From an uncultured Bacteroidales bacterium (lineage in GTDB: Bacteria > Bacteroidota > Bacteroidia > Bacteroidales > JAGOPY01), in assembly GCA_964447005.1 (NCBI GenBank), contig CAYUQP010000009.1, positions 38,752 to 102,751 of the forward strand: a DNA stretch of 64,000 nucleotides, read 5' to 3'. The translations under genes were made by a program, and so were the position numbers. The first letter of the stretch is position 1. Every line of letters begins with the position of its first letter. Shown here one piece after another: positions 57,505 through 64,000 of this stretch. A model generated the notes under the pieces. The model had not been told where the DNA came from, did not search any database, and saw only the letters and a list, made by a program, of their open reading frames with translations.

Positions 57505-58737
57505 ATGTTCAAAATTGAAATAACTTTGTTCAGGATAACTGAAAAAAATTTACAACGAAGTATGGGTAAAATTAATGAACTTTTAATTACCGGATCAGAA
57601 AAGTATATCTCCGGTCTGATGGCTGAGAAGTTGCCTGAAAAAGTCGTTTTTCATAATTTCAGCCATACGCAGAGGATCGGTGAGTATGCTGAGATCATCG
57701 GGCAACATGCCGGTCTGACTGATGAGGAAATGGATCTCCTCAAAATATCGGTATTGTTTAAAGATTCCGGTTTTGTAAATTCTTACGAAAACCACCTGGA
57801 GGAAAGCGTTGCCATCGCTACCAAATTCCTTTCAGAAAATAATGTTGACCAGCCGGCCATATCCAGAATCTCAGAGCTCATCAGGGCGACAAGGTTTCCA
57901 CAGCAGCCAAAAGACAAGGTTGCGGAGGTACTTTGTGATGCCGACATGATGTACATCACGGCTGACGATGCCATCGAACTGTTCGATCTGCTTTATTTTG
58001 AAAGGGCCCTGGTTAAACCGGGTTCCGAGAAGCGTGCCACCTTTGAAAAAAATCTCACGGATCTGTTTTCACAGCATACTTATTTCACGGAATACGGGCA
58101 AAAAATACTTCAGCCGAAAAAGGAAGATACCATCAAGCGGATTTGCGAACGGATAAAGCACAGAAAGCTGATCGACGGTAAAAAAGAAACCCCCGTTAAA
58201 AAGAAGTTCGAATACACCCGCGGTGTGGATACCATGTTCCGTATCACAGCCCGGAACCAGATCAACCTGAATTCCATAGCCGATAACAAATCGAACATCC
58301 TGATCTCGGTCAATGCCATCATCATTTCGATCATCATCACCATGCTGGCCGGGAATATCGGGAATATGTCGCAGGATATTGTGCCGATCCTGGTGCTGCT
58401 GGTGATCTGCCTGGCAACCATCATCATCGCGATTTTATCAACGCGGCCGAACATTATAAACAGTGAGTTTACAAAGGAAGACCTCGAGAACATGAAGGTT
58501 GACCTGACTTTCTTCGGAAATTTCATCAAGATCGATTACGATGAATACCTGAATTCATTGAAGGAAATGATGCAGGATGACGAGCATCTGTATTCGATGC
58601 TGATCAAAAACCAGTATTCCCTGGGAAAGATCCTTTCAAAAAAGTTCAGGCTGGTGCGGATTGCTTACAATGTTTTCATGTTCGGGATCATTTTCACCGT
58701 GCTTGTTTTCCTCATGAATTATCTGATTGTTCATTAG
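57505..58737 (+). CDS. HD-domain phosphohydrolase-like N-terminal domain fused to a C-terminal 2-TM module (effector-like)
   Basis: VVFHNFSHTQRIGEYAE...LFKDSGF...LCDADMM has HD-fold spacing, with K replacing the second H. The C-terminal 180 aa has two long hydrophobic helices (IISVNAIIISIIITMLAG, AYNVFMFGIIFTVLVFLMNYLIV) separated by a charged segment. Confidence 0.5.
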   Translation: MFKIEITLFRITEKNLQRSMGKINELLITGSEKYISGLMAEKLPEKVVFHNFSHTQRIGEYAEIIGQHAGLTDEEMDLLKISVLFKDSGFVNSYENHLEESVAIATKFLSENNVDQPAISRISELIRATRFPQQPKDKVAEVLCDADMMYITADDAIELFDLLYFERALVKPGSEKRATFEKNLTDLFSQHTYFTEYGQKILQPKKEDTIKRICERIKHRKLIDGKKETPVKKKFEYTRGVDTMFRITARNQINLNSIADNKSNILISVNAIIISIIITMLAGNIGNMSQDIVPILVLLVICLATIIIAILSTRPNIINSEFTKEDLENMKVDLTFFGNFIKIDYDEYLNSLKEMMQDDEHLYSMLIKNQYSLGKILSKKFRLVRIAYNVFMFGIIFTVLVFLMNYLIVH

Positions 58738-59623
58738 CAAGCCTGGAGTTATGATGAAAATACCGGTCAAGAATAATTACATTTGGTTGATAATCCTTCT
58801 GATAACTACCTATGGAGCCTGTTCGCAGGATGAGAGGAAAGCAATGCATTTTATGAAAACCGGATATAATTTCCCTTATAATTTATCAACACCTGACAGG
58901 ACATGGAAGCTGCCCGGAATCTTGTATGAAATATCCGGCGTGAGTTATATTGATGACCAAAGACTGGCCTGCGTCCAGGATGAAAAGGGCATGATCTTCA
59001 TCTTCAACAAGACAGCCGGTAACGTGGAAAGAACGATAAGTTTTGGAGAAGATGGTGATTACGAGGGCATTGAACTCATCGGAAACGACGCCTGGATCCT
59101 GAAAAGCAACGGGACGTTGTTGGAGGTAAAGGATTATCTTAACAGTGAGGCGCCCCAGGTCAACAAATATTCCACTCCGTTGTCGGGCAAAAACGACACT
59201 GAAGGCCTGGCGCACGACAAAGAGAGCAATAGTCTGCTGATTGCCTGCAAGGAACAGGCATTCGTGAAGGCAGAGGATATGACAGGTTCCAGGGCTATAT
59301 ATCGGTTCGACCTTAAAACCGGGCTTCTTGCCCCGGAGCCTTATATGATTATCAAATCTGAGCAGCACATCGGCAATAACAAGTTTAAACCTTCCGGGAT
59401 GGCAATTCATCCTGTCACAGGGGATATTTACATCATTGCTTCAGCGGGTAAATTAATGTTTGTCTTCTCAAGGGAAAAAGAAATGCTGGCCATTATCAAA
59501 CTTGACCCAAAGCTCTTTCCCCAGCCCGAGGGCATCTGCTTCAGCCCGGACGGCAGGCTTTACATTTCCAGCGAAGGAGCTGGAGGGGCGGGAAAGATCT
59601 TAAGCTTTGAACCGCAAAAATGA
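58727..59623 (+). CDS. SdiA-regulated/YjiK-like beta-propeller lipoprotein
   Basis: Lipoprotein signal (TTYGACS). The PEGICFSPDGRLYISSE and GMAIHPVTGDIYII motifs match the SdiA-regulated family. Overlaps the upstream ORF by 11 nt. Confidence 0.6.
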   Translation: MFISKPGVMMKIPVKNNYIWLIILLITTYGACSQDERKAMHFMKTGYNFPYNLSTPDRTWKLPGILYEISGVSYIDDQRLACVQDEKGMIFIFNKTAGNVERTISFGEDGDYEGIELIGNDAWILKSNGTLLEVKDYLNSEAPQVNKYSTPLSGKNDTEGLAHDKESNSLLIACKEQAFVKAEDMTGSRAIYRFDLKTGLLAPEPYMIIKSEQHIGNNKFKPSGMAIHPVTGDIYIIASAGKLMFVFSREKEMLAIIKLDPKLFPQPEGICFSPDGRLYISSEGAGGAGKILSFEPQK

Positions 59624-59972
59624 TTCAAAATGAAAAATTTCTCATTCTATTTGCTTTCGGTTTGGAAACCGGGATGGAATCATATTCATTGATGAAGCAT
59701 TGGCCCAAAACTGGAGAGATATAGGTCAAACCGAGAAAAAGCAAGGCGATATTTTTCATTTTCAAGGACTTTGGCTGGACAAAGATAATAAATTTCCGGC
59801 TTTTTGTTATTATACTGCTGAATCTCTGAGATGCAGAAAGTTTAAAGCATTACTGCGCCACGGCGTCCCCGCGGTAAATTCAGGAAGCAGACGGGAAGAG
59901 AGGTTTTCCATTATTTTAAATATTTCCCGCATGAAAATCCTACATTTGTATACCAATCAATCAAACCTCCCT

Positions 59973-61340
59973 ATGAAAATCGTAAAAAGAGTCGAATGGG
60001 CTGTGAACAGCGCCAATATTCCCGCGGGCAGCATTATATATATTGCCGGCAATGCAGCAACGCCGCAGGTATTGCTGAGGCAGTTAGCTGCAGATACATC
60101 GATCCGCGACGTTGACACCCTCAGTCTTCTCCTGCTGGGCAATATCGCAGAGCTTTTCTCCAGAGAGACCTGCGAACGGATCCGGCACCGGATCATTTTT
60201 AACGGGCCGCACAGCCGCGAGGCCATGAATAAAGGCTGGGCCCGGTACCAGCTCATTCACCTGTCGGACATTCCCAACCAGCTTTCGCAATACATCAGGC
60301 CCACGATAGTGTTCCTGACCGTAGCGGGTCCTGATAACGGCGGGAATTACAGCCTGGGTACCACGGTGGAAGGCGTCAGGGCGGCCATTGACTCAGCAAA
60401 AGCAAACAAAGGGCTTGTCATCGCTGAAAGGAACGCCAACATGCCGTTTGTACTTGGAACCACCGTTCATCAAAGCGAGATCGATTACCTGATCGAAACC
60501 AATTATGATCTTCCGCACACTCCGGTCCATACTATGGACGACCGCGCCACAAAAATTGGCAACCTGATCGCCGAACTTTACATTAAGGACGGATGCACCC
60601 TGCAATACGGGATCGGGGAAGTGCCGGAAGCTGTAACCCAGGCAATTATTAAAAAAGGGGTGAAAGACCTGGGTATCTGGACCGAATTGTTTGCCGACGC
60701 AATGAGGGGGCTGGTTGAGAAAGGCATTGTAACGAACAAATACATGTCGCACGGTTTCAGCGTTTCGTCCATTTTCCTGGCCAACAGCAGGGAAGGATAC
60801 CAGTGGCTGGATTTTAACAGCTCGGTGCAGAGCAGGCCGTCGAACCGTACCAACAACGTGTTGATGATCGCCCGGCAAAACCGCATGATATCCATTAACA
60901 GCGCCATCGGCGCCGACCTGCACGGCAACATCTGGGCCGATTCGATGCATGCCCGCGAGATCTACGGCGGCATCGGCGGGCAGGTTGACTTTATCCGCGG
61001 CTCTTATCAGTCGGAAGGCGGCATCCCGATCATCGCCATGAAATCGACTACTGAGAAAGGGCAGTCGAAGATCATGGACATGAGCCCGCAGGGCATCACC
61101 ACGACGGCCATCCCGGCCGATCCGGTTGTCATCGTCACCGAAAATGGCGCTTTTGACCCGAGAGGGCTGACGATTGCCGAGCATGCGGTCGGCATTGCGC
61201 ATCTCGCGGCGGAAGAGTTCAAAGAACAGCTCTTACGGCAGATCTACGACAGCAATGTGTTCTATAAACCGAAAGAAGCCCTGAAGGATGTGATCCGGAA
61301 AGGGTTTGTTTCGTATGAGGATGTTTTTGGGAGGAGATGA
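59973..61340 (+). CDS. Acetyl-CoA hydrolase/transferase-family protein (4-hydroxybutyrate/succinyl-CoA:acetate CoA-transferase-like)
   Basis: GIGGQVDFIRGS and LQYGIGEVPEAV motifs of the family. Start set at MKIVKRVEW (59973; 59931 also possible). The ORF-track start at 59700 gives an implausible N-terminus. Confidence 0.7.
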   Translation: MKIVKRVEWAVNSANIPAGSIIYIAGNAATPQVLLRQLAADTSIRDVDTLSLLLLGNIAELFSRETCERIRHRIIFNGPHSREAMNKGWARYQLIHLSDIPNQLSQYIRPTIVFLTVAGPDNGGNYSLGTTVEGVRAAIDSAKANKGLVIAERNANMPFVLGTTVHQSEIDYLIETNYDLPHTPVHTMDDRATKIGNLIAELYIKDGCTLQYGIGEVPEAVTQAIIKKGVKDLGIWTELFADAMRGLVEKGIVTNKYMSHGFSVSSIFLANSREGYQWLDFNSSVQSRPSNRTNNVLMIARQNRMISINSAIGADLHGNIWADSMHAREIYGGIGGQVDFIRGSYQSEGGIPIIAMKSTTEKGQSKIMDMSPQGITTTAIPADPVVIVTENGAFDPRGLTIAEHAVGIAHLAAEEFKEQLLRQIYDSNVFYKPKEALKDVIRKGFVSYEDVFGRR

Positions 61341-61435
61341 CCTTATTCATAGCTAATCGTTGCGTATCCAACTCATTGATGAATATTGGCCGGCGCAGTG
61401 AGCCCCATTAACATGAAAATGCTTAACTTTCGCCT

Positions 61436-63055
61436 TTGAAAAAAATCGCTTTGAAGATCAAACCAAACTTAGCGGCATATTTTGTTGTTTTTACAGTGTG
61501 CATCGCACTGCTGATCATTTCGTGCAACAAAGAAGGTACAGTACTCGATGCTCCAAAAATTGAAATCGATTCAGCCAGTGCAACTGGACTATCTGTATTC
61601 CAGGCCTCTCTCAGCATTGACCTTGGTGAAGGACAAAAAATAACAGCTGCGAGAGTTATCTTTGACAACATCACCATCCTTACAGACCCCGATCTTGAGA
61701 TTGATATTCCTATTACTGAAGAACGCTACCAGGATACGGTGGTCATATTGCAACTGGATCAGTTAAATCATGATTTCGCGGTAAAAGCTTACCTGGAAAC
61801 CGAAAAATATCGTTATTACAGTAACGAATTGATTGTCAGGAGCGTTAAAAATTCATTCAGACCATACATATTGGTAAATGATAATTATGGCCATTTGTGG
61901 GATAAAGTAGCCATTTGTATCAATAAAAAAAGCCGCTTTTCCTTGTTTATCGATTATGAAAGCTTATATGTACCTAACCAGATTGAAGTAAGGCTTAATA
62001 AAGAAATTCCGCTGAGCATATATTTTGATTTCTTTGAAGATATATGGTTTAGTGGATCAAGTATTTCGACCATCGGCAATTTGTTGCTTCCGCAGGATCT
62101 TGAAGCCGGAATTTACGGGGTTGACCTTTATATTGAAGGTCATCATTATGAATGCGCGGAAAAGATCAAGGTCCTTGAAGGATCATGGAATGTTATGGAT
62201 ACACTCTATCCGGGAGAATTTCGCGGTGATTATGCTAATTTCCTGATCGGGGATAAGTTATATGTAGTAGGTGGACACATCCCCGGCACATTGACAACTT
62301 ACTCCCCTGTGTGGAGGTTTGACTTCGCATCCCATCAATGGACGCAACTGGCAGACTTTCAGCATCCTGGCAATCCAGAGTTTTGTGAAATTTATAAAGG
62401 AAACATGATGTACAATGATACCGGGTACATCATTTCCCGCTTAAATAATGATGCTTTCATCTGGAAATACATTCAGGAAAGTGATAGCTGGGAAAAAGTG
62501 ACAGATTACCCGGGTGCAGCTAACGGCTCCTGCATCCGATTTATGGATGGTCCCAGAATCTATATGGGAGGCGGAAAACTCAATAACACATTTAAAAATG
62601 ATCTCTGGTATTATGACCTTAATTCTGGCATCTGGATCCAATGCGCTGACATCCCCGTTTATAATACCGGCGGGAGTTTCGCATCAGCTTGCTCCGGCGG
62701 TAAAGCATACACCTTGACTTTTGATGGATTCTGGGAATACCACATGCTTGCAGATACCTGGACCAGGCAAAGTGATTTCCCCGGAATTGAACGGGGAGGA
62801 GCCAGTTTTATCACAAATGGAGACAAAATGTTTCTGATCGGTGGGATGTACAATGATAATGGGTATGTCGGCCTCATGGATTGCTGGGAATACACTGTCG
62901 CGGATAAAACATGGGAACTCAGGGCATTTTTACCCGAATATTACGGACGTGGTGTTGAATTTATCAGAAATGACAAAATAAATGTCGGGCTTGGCTATGT
63001 ACAACATGTCTTCTGGTCATTTTATTCCACGACCATTTACCAGCTTGAATTGTAA
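61436..63055 (+). CDS. Kelch-repeat beta-propeller lipoprotein
   Basis: Lipoprotein signal LIISCNKEG. Repeated YVVGGH / GGG / W..L..FP kelch-like blades. Confidence 0.6.
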   Translation: MKKIALKIKPNLAAYFVVFTVCIALLIISCNKEGTVLDAPKIEIDSASATGLSVFQASLSIDLGEGQKITAARVIFDNITILTDPDLEIDIPITEERYQDTVVILQLDQLNHDFAVKAYLETEKYRYYSNELIVRSVKNSFRPYILVNDNYGHLWDKVAICINKKSRFSLFIDYESLYVPNQIEVRLNKEIPLSIYFDFFEDIWFSGSSISTIGNLLLPQDLEAGIYGVDLYIEGHHYECAEKIKVLEGSWNVMDTLYPGEFRGDYANFLIGDKLYVVGGHIPGTLTTYSPVWRFDFASHQWTQLADFQHPGNPEFCEIYKGNMMYNDTGYIISRLNNDAFIWKYIQESDSWEKVTDYPGAANGSCIRFMDGPRIYMGGGKLNNTFKNDLWYYDLNSGIWIQCADIPVYNTGGSFASACSGGKAYTLTFDGFWEYHMLADTWTRQSDFPGIERGGASFITNGDKMFLIGGMYNDNGYVGLMDCWEYTVADKTWELRAFLPEYYGRGVEFIRNDKINVGLGYVQHVFWSFYSTTIYQLEL

Positions 63056-63067
63056 TGTGAACTGAAA

Positions 63068-64000
63068 ATGCACTGGAAATACCTGATAATATTATCATTG
63101 CTTTTGGCCGGCTGCACGGATAAAGATATTATTCCCGAACCCGAGCCGCCTGAGCCAACATTTCCCCCGGGTGATTTTTCAGTTTCCGTCAGCGATATCA
63201 CCGATACCAGGGCCTATATTTCCTGGACTGAGGCGATCGATCCCGACTCAAAAGATGTTGTCTATGATATCGCTTTTAATGATTCTGTTGTGGTTTATGA
63301 TTATTCAACAAAATACTACAGCGGTTATTATTTTGATGACTTGATTCCGGATCATCTATATACTGTTAAAGTGATTGCAAGGGACGACAAAAGAAATGAA
63401 ACGATAAGGTCAACAGCATTTCATACCCTGAAGTCCTTTATCCGGCAGGTGATCACTTATGACTTAGGATATGACAATGTCCGTTTCCAGAATTCTATTG
63501 AAACCAGTGATAAAGGTTTTTTCATCCAGGGAGAAGACCTGGGCACCGCGAATGGCCGTGCAGACCTCCACTTTTTTTTAAAACTGGACGAAATCTTTGA
63601 GATAGAATGGTTGCGTGAAAAGAATTTTGGTCTTGAACCGAATGCGATGCTGGAAGCTTCCGACGGTTCATTTTATATTGTTTTTTCGGAAAGCGTCCTC
63701 AAACTGGACCATACCGGCAATGAAGCATGGGAGTATCTGCTTCCTGCAGATTATAATGTTTATCTTAAAAATATCACAGAAAATTACGATGGAAATCTCA
63801 TCATTGTCGGCAACTCCTGGGTAGATAAATACAACCGGTCCAAAGAGTATTTCGTTTCCATGATCACGCCGGATAAAAAAGAATTGTGGCATAAGATCGG
63901 GGGAGGAATTTATGCTGATGATGGGGCAGCGGTAATTGTGGAAGAAAACCACCGGATTGCAGTTTATGGCCAGAACGGGACCAGGGGCGCATTGTTTTTC
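63068..64000 (+). CDS. Lipoprotein with fibronectin type III domain (3' end outside the window)
   Basis: ATG at 63068. Lipoprotein signal LLLAGCTD. FN3-like FSVSVSDITDTRAYISWTEAIDPDSKDVVYDIAF...YTVKVIARD. The frame stays open to the window end. Confidence 0.5.
   Translation, partial: MHWKYLIILSLLLAGCTDKDIIPEPEPPEPTFPPGDFSVSVSDITDTRAYISWTEAIDPDSKDVVYDIAFNDSVVVYDYSTKYYSGYYFDDLIPDHLYTVKVIARDDKRNETIRSTAFHTLKSFIRQVITYDLGYDNVRFQNSIETSDKGFFIQGEDLGTANGRADLHFFLKLDEIFEIEWLREKNFGLEPNAMLEASDGSFYIVFSESVLKLDHTGNEAWEYLLPADYNVYLKNITENYDGNLIIVGNSWVDKYNRSKEYFVSMITPDKKELWHKIGGGIYADDGAAVIVEENHRIAVYGQNGTRGALFF

Noticed and set aside
59700-59972. N-terminal 91-aa extension of the CoA-transferase ORF
   Set aside because: No similarity to family N-termini. 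The family-typical start (MKIVKRVEW...) is internal. The upstream part is most likely non-coding.

Overview
The window is a chromosomal segment from a Bacteroidota-type genome. The evidence is T9SS C-terminal sorting domains on several secreted proteins, a TonB/ExbB/ExbD/ExbD set, gliding-type adhesins and no obvious Shine-Dalgarno sequences. It is mostly housekeeping. Recognisable genes include ndh (type II NADH dehydrogenase), Fe/Mn superoxide dismutase, pfkA, class II ribonucleotide reductase nrdJ, tatD, asparaginase ansA, dusB, pntAA-pntAB-pntB, rtcB, a sulfatase, an MBL-fold hydrolase, a GT9 heptosyltransferase, two tRNAs and many secreted or outer-membrane proteins. Several accessory signals stand out.

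(1) A divergently arranged RNA-repair locus. It comprises an HTH-WYL-WCX regulator carrying an extra C-terminal domain, a ~700 bp non-coding gap, then an SPFH protein and RtcB. The gap contains two non-canonical tRNA-like modules and a GC-rich structured element. One module has the permuted T-arm / closed acceptor hairpin / U8A9 / D-arm order described for Y-RNA-like tRNA mimics that sit next to rtcB.

(2) A family of four paralogous secreted fibre proteins. Three are clustered at 40.8-47.0 kb and followed by a tRNA(CAU). They share a ~55-aa N-terminal module but carry different C-terminal domains: DUF1566, a glycine-rich beta-helix with an IDHPLDP domain, an S74 intramolecular-chaperone domain, and others. 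One has an in-frame TAG inside its signal peptide.

(3) An AT-rich MT-A70 methyltransferase plus putative restriction endonuclease island, wedged between nrdJ and tonB.

(4) Very abundant intergenic 7-8-nt tandem repeat arrays. They often sit as inverted arrays between convergent genes. In at least two cases they extend the C-termini of housekeeping genes (TatD, GT9).

(5) A MITE-like repeat family with terminal inverted repeats around the motif cgactaaagccgttgg, in at least 4 copies, plus (cgcaaag)n hairpin arrays.

(6) Other oddities: an Omp85-like barrel fused to a TolB-like propeller, an HD domain fused to a 2-TM module, and an ankyrin/PPP phosphatase operon.

No CRISPR array, integrase or transposase was seen.
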